Of a stretch of DNA of 64,000 nucleotides, positions 13,710 through 29,728 are shown piece by piece. Below the pieces are notes generated by a model, which had not been told where the DNA came from, searched no databases, and worked only from the letters and a program-made list of their open reading frames with translations. Origin of the DNA: the human T2T-CHM13v2.0 reference genome, Homo sapiens; the NCBI RefSeq assembly GCF_009914755.1, contig NC_060925.1; one strand, given 5' to 3'. Within the stretch, counting starts at the first letter, position 1. Every line of letters starts with the position of its first letter. The translations under genes and the position numbers were made by a program.

Positions 13710-14080
13710 GACTATCTAAATATTCCATGCCAGGCAACCAGAAAACATCTCACTGAAGTTTCACAACAACACTATTAGGTGGAAATTATAACCATCATTA
13801 AAATATATATAAAGAAAACTGATGCTAAGAGGGGCTAAGTAACTTAGCCAGATATAAACCTCTCACTGGCAAGTAACAACAGCAATTTGCGTAACTAACA
13901 CTTACTGAGTATTGAATTATGTGCCAGACAAACACCTAAGTGGTTTACAACTGTGATTCTCATAACAAACTTTACAATTGTATTCTGTTATCATTACCTC
14001 TTTAAAAATAAAGAAATCAAGAGGCAAAGAGGGTAGAGTAACTTGCTGCAGGACACACAGCAAAGCTAGGGTTACTACAA
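13710..14080 (-). mobile_element. Two adjacent MIR fragments
   Basis: tcacaacaacactattaggt..gaaaactgatgct..aagtaactt; taacacttactgag..tatgtgccagaca..agtaacttgctgcaggacacacagc. Confidence 0.65.
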
Positions 14081-14126
14081 AGTTAGCAAGATCAAAGCCT
14101 ATGCTTTGAGTTGAACATTATGACTT

Positions 14127-14443
14127 GTAATAGCTAGTGTAAAATGGTCCATGACTTTCAGTTCATGTTTTGTAAGGCTCTGTTCCTATTTTGAATCTGG
14201 TCTTGCCCTATTAGTCACTTTAACCAGTAGAATGTGGTGGAAGTGATACCATACAAGATCAAGATCTGAGCCTGAGTCTTAAGATAAGTCTGGCAGTTTC
14301 CACTTTTGTGCTTTAGTGAGTCTGAGATGCCATATAGGTCTAGCTATCTTTCAGGAGGGATCATGTGGAAAGACAATCTAGACAGGCCACATGGGGAAGG
14401 AGAAGGCCAGAGAGTAGACAGAGAGAGAAAGACCCAGCTGATC
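14127..14443 (+). mobile_element. MaLR LTR 5' part (MLT1G/H-like)
   Basis: tttgaatctgg..ttgcc; tttaaccagtagaatgtggtggaagtgat; ctggcagtttccactttt; ggccacatggggaag. Confidence 0.65.
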
Positions 14444-15049
14444 AACTTATTGGGAAGGTGCTATTTCTCAGACACTTTAAAAAGTAGTTTAGTAAGATAT
14501 CTCATTTTATTCTTTACTCCAGTACTATAGAATATCTTGCTTTTACATGAGGACTCTGGAAAGACAGGAGACTTGCCTAAGTTCTTTTAGTGAGTAAGTG
14601 GCAGGACATGGATTTGAACTTGGGTATTAATATAGACCTAAGACAGTGTTACATCAAAAGTCAGGAATGATAATTTTTGTATGTGGCAAACTATAAAATT
14701 CAAAGTTAGGAAAACTAACAGGAGGACTTCATTACACATGAGGAAATGTGAAAATAACATTAATTCAAATAAGTTAGAAAGAGGTGTGAGAGTTGGGGTT
14801 CGGCTAGTAACTTAAAGGATAGATAACAGAAATATACAAAGAAAAAGAGTTAAAAAGAACTTCTTATTTCAATAATATGGAAAGGCCTATCAACAAGGAA
14901 GAAGGCTTTCAATAAAAATTGCAGCGATTATAAAATGTATCATCTTTGAATAGGAACAATTAAAATTATATAACACCAGCAGAGTTAGAGAGTGTGTGCT
15001 TGTGTGTGAAAATTTATTACCTTTGTCTTACTTGTAGTCTTATGTCATT

Positions 15050-15770
15050 GTATTTATTTAGTAACCATTTATTGATTCAATAAGTAATTGTTGAGCATTT
15101 ACTACACATAATCCATGATGCTAGCTGATTGGGGAAAAAAGGTAGGTAGAATAGTAATGCTTCTTGTCATCAGTGAGTTTATGGTTAGAAGGGGAACAGA
15201 AGTAAAAATTATAAATGTACTAAAAATTAAAATTAATTGCTAGTTGTATAAATTGAAGGAAAAATCATGAATAATATGAAGAATAGTACAAAAAAAACAC
15301 TTTAAATTTAACATCTTCAGAAGGCATCCCTTGGTAGATGATTAATCTAACATCTGGAAGCAGAAGGCTGAGAAGCTACCTATACCAGGCTTCAAGAAAG
15401 TGCATGTATTAAAGCTTCTGAGGCAGACAAGAACGTGGTGTGTTTGAGAACCTCAAAAGAACAGAGCAAGTGCAGCAAATGTAAAACACAGCAAGAAAAG
15501 CTTCAGTGAGGTTACGGAAATGTTAAGGATTATTTATGTTAAAAGTAGAAACCCCAACTTTGTAAGCATAATGGAAGTTTTTAAAAGGTTTTAAGGAAGG
15601 AGTGATCCAATTCACATAAAATAATTTAAAACAATACTCAAGCTACTCATCAGAGAGTGGACTGAGGTGGAAAGATTAGAAAGGGAGTTTAGTTAAAAGG
15701 ATATAATGGTAGTGAAGGTGAGGGAGGATGGAGACTTTATTAGAACAGTAGCAACTGATAGAAAAAAGGA
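15050..15770 (-). mobile_element. L2 3' region
   Basis: attcaataagtaattgttgagcatttactac followed by purine-rich reverse-L2 sequence. Confidence 0.6.
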
Positions 15771-16105
15771 GGCACAAGCATTGCCTAAATAAGGTCCAAA
15801 TAAAATATAGTATTATATTTAATCAAGTCATCCAAATATTCACAGAATAAAATAAACTAAGCAGCTCAAGAATTATTCCAATTAGAAGGCCTGAGGTCAT
15901 TCAAATTTAAAAATAAATTCATAGATATTTGTGGGATAGTTTTTCTCTTCTTTCATGCTAGTACACAGGAAATTAAATGAAGAACAATATTATTTATTAT
16001 GTTTTATTTATTTTCACAGTCTTTACCATGAGTCAGTGTTATACATAATAACAGAGTCATCACATTAGAAATATGAAACTAATGCTCATTAAAAGTTACA
16101 ATTTA

Positions 16106-16265
16106 AGCTGAGCATGGTGGAGCATGCCTGTAATCACAGCTAATCAGGAGGCTGAGGCAGGAGGATCATTTCAGTTCAGGAATTTGAGGTTGCAGTGAGC
16201 TGTGATCACATCACTGCACTCCAGCTTAGACAGCAGAATGAGACTGTGTCACTAGGAAAAAAAAG
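16106..16265 (+). mobile_element. Free right Alu monomer (FRAM or AluJ right arm)
   Basis: gctgagcatggtgg..cctgtaatc.cagct..ggaggctgaggcaggaggatc..gaggttgcagtgagctgtgatc..cactgcactccagc plus A tail; no left arm. Confidence 0.85.
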
Positions 16266-17651
16266 AAAGTTTAAAATACAAAGTTTTAGTTTTTTTAAAA
16301 AAATTTGCTTAGCTTGTTTTACAAGCTACGTAATGACCTCATCTGGGGGTTAAATCATTCTATGTGATTGTAGCATTTGATACTTGCTTAAAATTCTAAA
16401 ACTATGGAGTATTACTCTTTCCTCATTTTGAAAATATTACCTTTAATATGTTTTGCTCAACTATATCTATGATTCTTATTTACCTTAAAGGTTATGTTTG
16501 TTCATGATCAATTTTCCTCCTTAATAAAATTCATCTGATTCTAAGAAAGAGGTTTTAAAAGCTGAGTAGCACACTCTTTTTATTATTCTCATCACAATGG
16601 AGGTGGTGAAATGCCACTCTATTATCATTATAGGACCAGGTGAGTCTATTGAACTTGCATGGTAGGGACAGTATGTGCCTGATGAAATGTTTCAACTTCC
16701 AGTTAGTGAAATTTTGTTCAATCAATACAAAGTGCTGAGGTGACACATCCTGCTTTATATTGTGCAGGGTATTTTTAAGTAGTCAACTATGATATTCAAT
16801 GTCGAGGTACTATAGTGATGTATTTAAGTTTAAAAATGCCTTACCGACTTTAAGTGCTATAAATTTACCTTTTGTGAGTGATAAATTTGACTTCACAGAA
16901 GTTTGGCAGAGTCTCACCGTTCTTCCAGCAAATATTAAGAGTTAGTTCTTTTTAACAGTCTATTTCAGTTAAATCTTTTCAAAGACCTTTTTAAGCATGA
17001 TAACAGTATAATTCAGGTAATGCTGTTTTATATGTGTAAACACATCACAGGTCAATTACAATTATATTATCAAAATTCTCCATATTTTCAGCAAAAAAAA
17101 AGCCAAGGCAGAGAAGTTAAGATGATATTAAATGTGAAAATATTATAAGCAAGGAAAGATGGGACAATTAGATACTTCTGTTAAATAAATCCAAAATTAG
17201 GAGAAATATAACTAAAATGTATAAACAAAATAGCATATACTTAAACTTGTTGGTTATACAAACAATATGTTAATTCTATGCCAAAATACACATGAAAAGA
17301 GAGGAAAGGAAGAAGAAAAAAGAAAAAAGAGAGAAAAAATAATGTTTAATCTAAAGTATCTTCAAAAAGAACTCGATATGAATCTTTTACTCTATTACAG
17401 GGGAAGTCAGTCTAAAACCTAAAGCAATTTCATAGAAGGCATATCTCTTAAACTAGTGTAACTCTTAAATTCTGTCAACAGCATCTCTAGAATAAAGCTG
17501 CTATTAAATTTATGTTTTATGCACTGACATTCCCTTTACCTCAACAATGTCAGCCTTGGGATAGAAACAAAAGAAAAAAACATTAGACTATTGATACCAA
17601 AAAAGAGAATGAACTTGAAGTAATATTAAAATATATATGTGTGTATATATA

Positions 17652-18363
<712 letters not shown>

Positions 18364-18639
18364 AAACTTTGTATGACTTAAAATTTTTAAACTTTGTATT
18401 TTTAATGATTTAAAACTATATTAAAACAATATATAATTTTAATTAAATTTTAAAAGTCAAGATGAACGCAAGATAAGGCCACGCCCTATTGATAATGAGA
18501 AGCGATAGCTTCAAATAAATGTAGGCTTCTATTTAGAAATATTAACCAAACATCTCTTTACATGCAGGTTCTATGAAGTATTGACTTTCATTCTGTACAC
18601 AAGAGATTGAGCAATTACTGTGTTAGGTATCAGAACAAG

Positions 18640-18800
18640 AGCATTGTTTTGTCATTTCTTTAATCTTCTCAATGAGCTTATTAAATGGATTTTATTAGGA
18701 ATATTTATAAATAGAGAAAATAAGGCTTAGAGAGGTTAAATAAATTGCCCAAGTTCAGTCACTTAAAAAGCGACAAAAACAGTTTCCCTCCCAAATTCTG
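18640..18800 (-). mobile_element. MIR fragment
   Basis: gagaaaataaggcttagagaggttaaataaattgcccaag MIR core. Confidence 0.6.
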
Positions 18801-19882
18801 CTCTGAGCTTCTAGCAGATACATTATGAGATAAAAGGATATTTTTCCTTTATAAAATAAATTTTTCAATGCAGAATTTTTTAATTGCAGAGAAACACAGC
18901 AACACTAATGTAGTTTTTCAGTTCATTATATCCTGTAATAATGAGGGCAGTTCAGCAAGGTAATTGATGTTATTTCCTGTAGATCATTACTACAGAATTA
19001 ACCACATATCATGGAACTTTTATTAATGATTACAAATACCTCAATCACATATTTCTGAATACAAAATCATCTAATAGCATCTTTACCCTTTTGGAAAATG
19101 GTACATGAAGAAGAACATCTAAGTAAAGAGTCCAGAATATTTCAAAGGTAACCTTATAGGTTTCCCATAAACATCTAGCGAGTACTCTTTCTTGTGCAAT
19201 CATTACACTAAAAGGACCTTCTCAATTTTTTGAATGACTGACAGCAATGCCTATTATGTCTTACAGCTTTGAAATGTGAGGTAAATGCCTGAGTAAACAT
19301 CATAATGCAATACAAGATGCATTACATTTTCTTCCTGCAAATGTGATGTCTTCTTTTATCTTGCCATAACTTCTTTCAGACAAGACAGTCAACAGGTAAT
19401 TCTATTCCTATTTTGCTACTGAAAAGAGACAGCAAACTGGAACTGAAAAGTGAAGTTTAACTTCTTTTACTAAAATCACCAATTTATTTTCATTGCCTGT
19501 GTTTGGATGAACAAGATACTTAGAGAAATCAATGAGACATCTTTAGTCATTGTTATGTCTCTCATTGTTTTCATCTCAAGGTATCATCAAGTGTGTGTCT
19601 ATGCCTCAACATAACAAAATTATATCCACATCTCATATGAAATTACACATTTACTTTGCTCATCACTAAATACTTCAGTGCCCAGTATCTAAAATTGCAT
19701 TTCAAGTACTGATGTGAATTGACTCATTCCAAAATCTAATTAATTTTGAGAGTTTCACCTTTTTATTTTCTGGCATCTCCCTAGGTTTTGAGGCCCTTTT
19801 CACTTACCTGCTCTTTGAACACTTAAATATAATCTTATTTTTTTCCATTTTCAAATATCATACAATTATTTCCATGTGCCAC

Positions 19883-20281
19883 TGTTTTAGTACATTTTGT
19901 GTGGCTATAAAGGAATACCTGAGGCTGTGTAACTTATAAATAAATCAGTTTATTTGGCTTACGGTTTTGCAAGCTGTACAAGAAGCTTGTGTTGCTTCCA
20001 GTGAGGGCCTTGATCTACACTTTCATGGCAAGAGGTGAAGGGGGAGTGGGCACATCACATGGTGAGAGAGGGAGCAAGAGAGATGCCATGCTGTTTTTAA
20101 CCTATTATCTCTCACATAAACTAATAAAGTTAGAATTCACTCATTCCCATGGCGTAGGCATCAAGCCATTCATGAGGGATCCACCCACTTCAGCCAAACA
20201 CCTCCCAGTAGGCCTGATCTCAACACTGAAGATCACGTTTCAACAAGAGATTTGGAGGAAACAAATATCCAAACCCTATCA
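19883..20281 (-). mobile_element. MaLR solo LTR, MSTB-like
   Basis: gctataaaggaatacctgaggctg; catcacatggtgagagagggagcaagagag; gagatttggagg..acaaatatccaaac.tatca; 5-bp TSD gccac/gtcac. Confidence 0.9.
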
Positions 20282-20619
20282 GTCACTATCCTGCTATTTA
20301 GCATTCATGATTCCATTTTCTAAAACAAGAATCCTAATCTTACTGGAAACATGCTTTTAAAGCAAATTGGGAAACAGCTGTTTCTTGCTATCATAATTTT
20401 AAATTGATGACTCTCCTTACCAATGAGACTTGACTTCCTCAGCTATAATTTAAAAGGTCCTAGAGAAAGACTGTTACTGAACTCAATTGCATCAGAAAAT
20501 CACTATCTCTAACTCAACTAGCAATGTATATAAAGAAGAAGTGCAGTCTCTTAAAGATTGAAAGAATGGCTGGACAGGTGATTTAACTTTTTTTTTAAAT
20601 CAATTAAGACTTTTTAAAG

Positions 20620-21130
20620 CTCCAAAGGACAAAAAGATCAACAAAAACTTGCTTAAAAGATGGCAGGAAGTGTACACGGGAGGAAAACAGATATTGACAA
20701 TAAAACTTCAAAGTTCATGAGTATATAGTGCAGGCTTCAGCATCACTTAATTCAGGGTTTAAAATGATGTCACCCTCACCTTATCTGTCTTCATCAGTAT
20801 ATCTCCCTTCAAGTTTGTTTAATTTTAAGGCCTCATGTTGTATTTAAAGGGGTGGTAGCAGACCCAGATTTTTCATGTGGTCAGCATCAAGTTCAGTGGG
20901 GAGATCGATGACTCTCTGAAGTAGTATTCCCAAGTAAAGTCCCAGGAATTATTTTCCTCTGCTTGGGCTATGTGTCTGTCCCTAAAGAAATCCACTTGGC
21001 TTAGGAAAATGTGATGCACTGCCTGGCTTTGGTTTTTGTCACCTCTAATACCTGGAATCACTGAGTAGTTCCTTGCACAGGCCACTGGAATAAGAATAAG
21101 AAAGTGAGTTGCCCCGGACTGCTATTTTTA
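20620..21130 (-). mobile_element. Old MaLR LTR remnant (MLT1K/L-like)
   Basis: gcaggcttcagc..aattcaggg..aaatgatgtcacc; ttgggctatgtgtctgtccctaa. Confidence 0.45.
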
Positions 21131-22211
21131 GATGAGTGGCAGTAGATCCCCAAGTTCAAACATATTTTCTTCTTATGTAAACATGTTGAAAATATGTCCA
21201 TTTTTATAATTCAATGGTACCATATACATGTCTAAACTTACTTGCCTTTTTCACCAAAACATGCAACAAAAGATCTCATCCACCTATTAAGTCCAGATCC
21301 AAATCCTGGATCCCAGAGTTTTTAAAATGTCTTTCTATTGAGCCTAGATGTGCTTCATAAGGCTCAATAATGAGTTTACTTACAACACATTAAGTAAGAA
21401 TGATGAATAGAGAACTGAATATGTGCAGTAGAGGAAAAAAAAGCAGAGATTTGTATTTAGGAAGAGAAAGTGGAGACAACACAGAGTAATACTTTACATA
21501 ATTAAATTTAATAGAGCTTTGCTTGAATTTCTTGAATGAAATAATTAATTTTAATATTGTAGTGCATTATTGCACCCTTGAGCTTTATAGAAACTCTTAT
21601 TTGTAAGTACTTTGCTACTGAAGAAATTAGTCCCTTATATATCTCTTCTGGGTGAAATATTAGTGATTTTTCATCAAATCCCTAAAGTTTTTGTTCCTAT
21701 TCATTTAATTTGGGGTGGGAAATTTTAGTCATTATTTCATGTATATTTAAGAAAAAATCAGAATTATTTTTACTCATTTAAATACATTGTTATTTATATT
21801 TTATGTCATTTTTAATTTATAATAATTATGTACAGAAAAATGGCCTTTTACCCATTGTTGTTTTGTGATGATTTCACATTTATACTCTAAAATGAAGCCC
21901 AACTTCGTAGTGCAGAATAAATTGAACTCACACAAAGAAGTTCACCTTACTCTGCCTGGAGGAAGTTCTGAGGCTCTAAAATGCACTTCAGCTCAGTTTA
22001 CGCTTCTGGGGTTACTGACTAATACATCATTATATACCACATTTTAGTGCCTTAAGAGAACAACATGCTGTTTTTGCAAGATAAACCAGACTAGTATAAG
22101 AAAGCTCTTGTTAGATTACACAGTGAAGTTCAGAAAACAAAATGATTACAAGTTAACTTAAAAACTTCCCACCAACTGTTTTCTACAAAGAGACTCCGTT
22201 GTGTTTTAATC

Positions 22212-22242
<31 letters not shown>

Positions 22243-22503
22243 ACAGTCACACTTTGTCACCCAGGCTAGAGTGCAGCTGTGCGGTCCCGGCTTAATGCAA
22301 CCTCCACCTCTCAGGTTTGAGCCATTCTCATGCCTCAGCAATCCAGTAGCTGGGATTACAGGCATGCACCACCCACTTGGCTAATTTTTGTGGTTTAGTA
22401 GAGAGAGGGTTTTGCTATGTTGGCCAGGCTGATCCTGAACTCCCGGTCTCAAGTGAGCCACCTGCCTCAGCCTCCCAAAGTGCTTGAGCCACTGCGCCCG
22501 GCT
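22212..22503 (-). mobile_element. Alu, older (AluJb/Sz-like)
   Basis: Diverged reverse Alu dimer with (TTTTTA)n tail and a deletion near its 5' end; gtgttt(t)a flanks. Confidence 0.9.
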
Positions 22504-24429
22504 AAGTGTTTATCATTTTTGATTTTGTTGTTTTGGAGTTTTAGAAAAAGCTAAGAATGACAAGGTAGATTAGAATAACTTATAATGTATTCTTATTTAT
22601 TAACCTCAACAAATTCCACCAATGTTGTGAGGCATATATTTTTATTTTGAAAGTATGTGCAGAGAATTAGATTTAGTCTTAGCAACTCTGACTCATGTTT
22701 ATATAAAATGTGAAACACTGTGCACTGATTTCTGCCAGTACTAATGCACACACACTATATATCAGAAATATTAAGAAAAAGCATGGGATCTATTTGATTT
22801 CAAAGAAAAACAAAGATAGTGTTTTCAAAATTTGTCTACTAATATTTGGAAGAAAGACATAGCAAGACTGATTTTAGTGGGGTTGAAATTCAAGAAGGGT
22901 AAGAATGAAAAATTTTGATGGAAGAAATCAAGATGTTCTAATATTCACAGGATTCCCAAGTGCACTATACAGGTAGAAGAATTGGGACTTTTGTGACATT
23001 ACACTATTGGCATTGCCTATAGATGAATCTCACTGTACTTGAACAATTTAATCTTGATCTGGGAGAGATTTTTATGGCTTAAATTAGGAAAGATTCTACA
23101 CAATCACTTTTCTTCTGTTCGAATAAACAAAAAGTCTGCAAAAGACATGAGTTATACACAAACTATTTAAGTCCCTTACAAGTATATTTGATTAACCTTA
23201 ATTAGATTTTCTAATAAGATATGAGATACATATTTTAATTATTTTAGGAACAACTTTTATGTCCTAGCTTTTATTTCAGAAGAATGAAGCAATATTATAA
23301 TTGGATATTTAAGCTATCATATATATGATCATTTTCATTTGCATGATGCTAAAAAGGACAGGTTACATATTTGTGTTTTGCCATCTTTTCTCTTTCTTTT
23401 TTTTTGCGTGTTGTTTTCTACAATAACTTAAAGATAAGAAATAACACATATGTAGAATTTGACAACTGTCCCAATATGGGGAACTGCAGTATTGCAGAAG
23501 ATACTTAGCCATTCCTTACTTCAATGTCTTGTTAGGCAAGAATTTAGTCCCTATGTAAAGTATACTGATGAACAACTACAGCAAAATAAATGCCTGTGTC
23601 TAGTAGTCTTCATTTTAGAAATCCTGTATAGTCCTATTTTTACAATTTGAGATGTACATTTATAAGTTTGAGACATAATTAATTCCCTGTATCTCTATGC
23701 CAGTTTTATTTTAACACAATTCCATGATAAGTACATGAATGAAATGTAAATGTGAAGAGTAATATCAATAGATATTAATTTGAATAATTTGGAAAAATAT
23801 TTTTAATGTCAAGGCACTAAAAATTACCTGCTTGAAATTGTGTTTTGTTAATCAACTTTAAGAAAAAGATAAATAATTATAAAAATTAATAGGATATTAA
23901 GTCATTTACCATGTATTCTAAAAGTTGACCTGTATTCATTTTTTAATTGTCCTAATCTGTTCTTTTTTCTTCTCTTCAGTTCTAGTTGTTTTTCTCCATT
24001 GAGAACTAATGGAATTTCACTAGCTGTCTTAGAATTTGTGGGCACTTTTGTCTTCTAATGAAAGAAAACCAACTGTTTTATATTCCTTTTTTTCTTTCGG
24101 ATGGATCTTTAGAACTAGATTTATATATGATATATATGTATAATGTATACATATATTATAAATACATTTAATTGGAGAGGTAGAGTAGGAAGACAGATAA
24201 ATTGGTTTTGATTTCAGAGAAAATATCAGGGCATATGACATATATATGGAAAATACAACATATAGAACACACTGTAAGCCATTGGTCTCTATGAGATTAT
24301 CCAGAGAATGAGAATATAAAGAGAAGGGAAAGGAATATTAAACTGTCAGCGGCCACTGATAAGGAATAATAGAAGAAACTACCAAAAAAAAATTTAATAA
24401 CACTTCTTCAATATGGAAAGAAAGCTGTA

Positions 24430-24790
24430 GTCAGAATGTTACAAGTGTCTAGAAAAGCTAATGTGGCTTCTATTAGGGTCTGCCATTTCTAAATAAAGAG
24501 CACATCCAGAAAGATACACTGTACTTGATGCCACTAAGAGGTTAGTAAGATAAGGGCTAAGAGTTGGCCGTCGGATTTAGCAATATAGATTTCATTAATG
24601 ACTTTGATGAGACTGATTTCACTGGAGTTTGGGAAATCAAGAGAATAAGTTCAAAAGATAACAAAGGAGAATATTTTGAGAGCACTTAGAGATAGTAAAA
24701 TTATTTTCAAGAAGCTTTGCCAGTGGTGTAAAGTAAAAAAGCAGTAGCTAGATAGGAATATACACTCAATGAAAGGTATTCTTAAAAAGA
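24430..24790 (-). mobile_element. L2 remnant
   Basis: gtaagataagggctaagag..ggatttagcaa..tcattaatgactttg..; ttttcaagaagctttgc. Confidence 0.5.
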
Positions 24791-24798
24791 ACAATATG

Positions 24799-25285
<487 letters not shown>

Positions 25286-26057
25286 CTAAGTTTTCATAAT
25301 TTTTTAGGATGAAAATTTGCATTTCTTGCCTATTGGTAGTAAAAGACACATTTAAATATTTATTGGTGGAACATAAATTTGTTTTAAAAACAGTGTTGTC
25401 TAATTTTTTAATATACTTATTTAAACAAAATTAGATAACATTCACAGATATACCTAATATTACTATAAGGTAAGTTTCTTGCAGAATTTGAAGAGAAATG
25501 TGACATATTTTGATTTATTTTGTAAATTAAATTTAATTTGAGAAAAAAATCTTTTGGATGCAACTCTATACTACACACAAAAATGCTACCAATTAAAATA
25601 TAATGTCTATCCTTGTAAATTGTGTTATATAAACAGAAATTGTGCTAAGTGACATCAGAATTTTAAAAATATCTAAGACATTAAATTTCTTGTTTGTAAA
25701 TTGTACTCATTATTTTTTTTTCCAGTTAAGCCTTTCTTTTTCTCAGAAGTAAACCAAAACAACATTTTTTTCATGATCTGTGTGTTGTAAGACACATACA
25801 CAAAGGCAAGGGTTCAATGTTTATAAACAGCATATTAAAATATGAAGGTTTTTTATGTAAACCTCCTTAAAGAGTTAAGTATCCATGCCTGGTAGTTTGC
25901 ATATTTTCACCATTTATCCCCTGCAAAAATTACTTTAATCTTTTGCTTTTAAAAAGTGGATTGAAGATTTTAGGAATTAACTGCAATAACTCTTTTGTCT
26001 TTCCTAAGTTTTGTTTATATTGTTCATAATATAGAATCCTAAAAATTGCATTTCCGA

Positions 26058-26464
<407 letters not shown>

Positions 26465-28053
26465 CTATATTCTCTCTTCTAATGCTTATGGAGGCTAAGA
26501 CTTAAAGTCAAGCATATAACTGGTAACATTCTGCTTATCAGCTCTAACCCAAGCACTCCTGTAGTGATTCACTTCCCTACCTAAAGCAGTTGAAATTTTA
26601 AAAATAACGTTTGGCTCTTGGAGAAGAAACCCCAGGCAAAAGCTTCACCTGGGAAAAAGAATTTATTCTTTATTATTCCTTTATGAAGGCATATCGAACA
26701 CTTAAAATATATTGTTCCAGGAGTATTTCTATATTGTTTTGTTTTTATTTTTTTCTATGCCTTTTTGAAACAAAGACACATGGAAGAAAGAGAAAACTAC
26801 AATTTGAAAAATAAAACGTTATTCAAATCACAACAGAAAGTAAAACCATCAGAATAAACTCCTCTTAGTCATAGTATTTTTCTTATCAATCACTTGGATT
26901 CCCATTAATCCAGTGAACTGTAAGCTTTGTTACAGATTCCTGTCAATTCAAGTTGATTATTTTAAACCTGGTTATTTTAAGTGAGTCTTGTTGTTAGTGG
27001 TGTTTTAATTTTGTTTACAATTTCAATATTATTCATAGACAGGGCTGATCATCACTTATGACTCTGAGGCAGCAGGAATCTGTCTGTCTTTCGCATCTGC
27101 ATAGTGGAAGTTTTAAAGACTTGAGAGTAAAATTTCCTTCTTATGCGTCTATTTCACTTAGGCTTCTGGAAAACTATTAAATTGAAAATATTAATAGAAG
27201 GCAATAAACTCAAAGTAAATTTCATCTAGCATTTTAAGGGAATTAATAGACGATTAAATGCAAATGATGAGCTAAATTTCTAACCAAAAGGGAAGTCAGC
27301 TCTTGCTTCTGGAATGGCAGAATGGAGCACTAACAAGAAATTTTGTAAAATGTGGAGGACATACATGTAACTGGAAAGAGTCCACCATTTGGTCAGCATC
27401 CACCCTAATGGTAAATTTATAAAATAGATAGAAATAGGAATAACTGTATTCTCTTGAGGTATGTGTAATTTCTTTACATATATTATTTTGTTTTTTGAAT
27501 ATGCAAGTGGTAAGAGATAAAAACATTTTTAAATGTATTTTTTATAATTCAGGAATAAAATAAACATTCCAACAACAATTTAATTTAACACTTATTTTCT
27601 TAGAAATTAAATAGAGATAAATTTTACTATCACATTTTATGGTTGTTAATCATGTAGAATATACACAAAAAGAAATTTAAAAGATTGTACTTAAGAGCGA
27701 AATAACATTAAAAAGTACAATGAATGGATTAAACAAAATATAATAATAGTTATTCACTTTTGTAAAAGTACTCTTGATACATATTGAAAATAAACTTTCA
27801 CAGTAGATTCAGTTGCATCACTTTCTATTCATTACTAATTCTTCATTATTGCGGTATAAGAAGCTTCCACAAAAGGTCATTGGTGAATATTAACCTGACT
27901 CTGATATTAGATAAACTTATTTGCAGCATTTTATACCTAAATTTTATAATTAATGTTTCTGTCGAATTATTCCTAATTGAAAGCTGACAGCTACATGGAG
28001 CAAAATCAAATTTATTTTGACTTACATAATATCACTTACTGAATGAGTACAGT

Positions 28054-29327
28054 GGGTTTGGGCCATAATCTGAAAAGACACAATTCCAAATGTTATAATC
28101 CCTAAAGTTGAAATCCTGAAAGATCAAAATTTGTTGTCTAAAATCCTCAAAAATCACAATCGCAAAATATCAAAATCTCAAAAGTATAATTCTGGAAAAA
28201 AATAAAAGAAAATTAAGGATACTTATCCATTTATTTAAAAAGGATTAATTTCAGAAATGAAAAACATGTCAGAACACATTATAGTCCAATTTACACAATA
28301 AAATAGGCAATAATAGCATCCATATTTTACAAGAATAATTGGGCTTATTAATTACAATAATACTGCTATATCAGTTATAAGCAGATGAACTGTATTTATA
28401 AAAACACAAGTCAAAAATTTAAATGTATAAACACATATCACAATGGTTGGTATTTGAGTGCACTCAGCTTTATAACTGTGGTCACCTGAAATACTGCTAT
28501 GGACAACATAAGTATTTGACAAAATCAATGAAAAACTGCGATAGGTCACCATCGTATATGCAGTTGTCCAAAAAATGATATCTTTTCATTTACTGAGGAG
28601 ATTTCAAAATTTTTAGTTATACTCACAATGCTTACATTCAGGGTCAACATTGTGATAATGCACTTGGTGAACTCAAATTTAAGATGTCCAAGGCAGCAGA
28701 AGAAAAATCTGCCCCAGCTCTCAGAAAGACCAATTTGCCTTGTGTATTTGTTCTCTCTGGGTCCATGCTGCAATCAGCACCCTCACAGACACAAGCAAAA
28801 TAATGCTTTACCAGGTTTCTAGGTATTAATTCAGTCACCATTTTAGTGGAACATAATAATTCCAATTATCTTACTTAAAAATTTTGCATAGACCAACAGA
28901 AATCACACCATGGAAATGTTTATATCGAGTTTTCAGAGATAGCTCAATTGCATGCTATATTCCAGTGCCAATCATAATTCTGAAAATACAATTCTGAATG
29001 CCATAATCCCAAATATCAAAATCATAAAATACCAAAATCTCTTCAGTCTAAATCCTACAGTCTAAATTCCACATCACTAATGCCTAAAATCTTGAAAATC
29101 CCAATTCTGAAAGATAGAATCCTGAGAGTTGGAATCTTAATAGTTGAATTCTGGCAGAGATTAGTGCATTTTCAGGTGTATGCAGGATAGTTGCATCATG
29201 TCAGGCAGAACTATTACCTTGTTTTTTTCTTCATTTTGCAATTAAGTATGATTTAAGGAAATGTGTATGGTTGCAAATTTGACAAGGGGTGAAATTGTAA
29301 ACTTAATTTTAGGTGTCAACTTGACTG
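28054..29327 (+). mobile_element. Ricksha (MuDR-superfamily non-autonomous DNA transposon), left part with captured ERVL sequence
   Basis: Terminus gggtttgg.ccataatc..aaaagacacaat.ccaaatg plus repeated aaaatcc/ct subterminal motifs; ends in an ERVL 3' end (polypurine tract gacaaggggt) and MLT2 start (ttaattttaggtgtcaacttgactg). Confidence 0.8.
29160..29327 (+). mobile_element. ERVL internal 3' end plus first ~30 bp of an MLT2-type LTR (Ricksha cargo)
   Basis: taagtatgatttaagga.atgtgtatgg.tgc.aa.ttgacaaggggtg followed by an MLT2 5' end. Confidence 0.75.
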
Positions 29328-29728
29328 AATAGTAGTCTATTTAAAATGGCTGCTAATAAATAATTCATCTAAAATATATAGCATATTATATGACAAAAAT
29401 AAATATTAGGTAACAAAGATACAGCATAAAGTTTTAGACAGTCTATTTGCCCTCACTTGTCTCCCAGACCACTTGAAGAAATAACTATAGATATATGACA
29501 ATGGTGATGATGAAGAGGAAGAGGTAGAGGAAGAGGAGGAAAATAGACAATGATAGATGAGTGTGTGCGGGAACATTAAAGAATGAATATAACCAAAAAG
29601 ACAAAATCATGTATCTTAGTATTGATTTGAGTCTTGCATTCACAGGCTGTAGTTGAGAAGACTTAATGTGTTAGGTCTTGCAAAAATATTAGGATTCAGA
29701 TAGAAAACAAAGATACTAGAGAGGAATT

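Noticed and set aside
28352-28865. ORFs inside Ricksha as a MuDR transposase
   Set aside because: Short, and I cannot identify DDE or other transposase motifs
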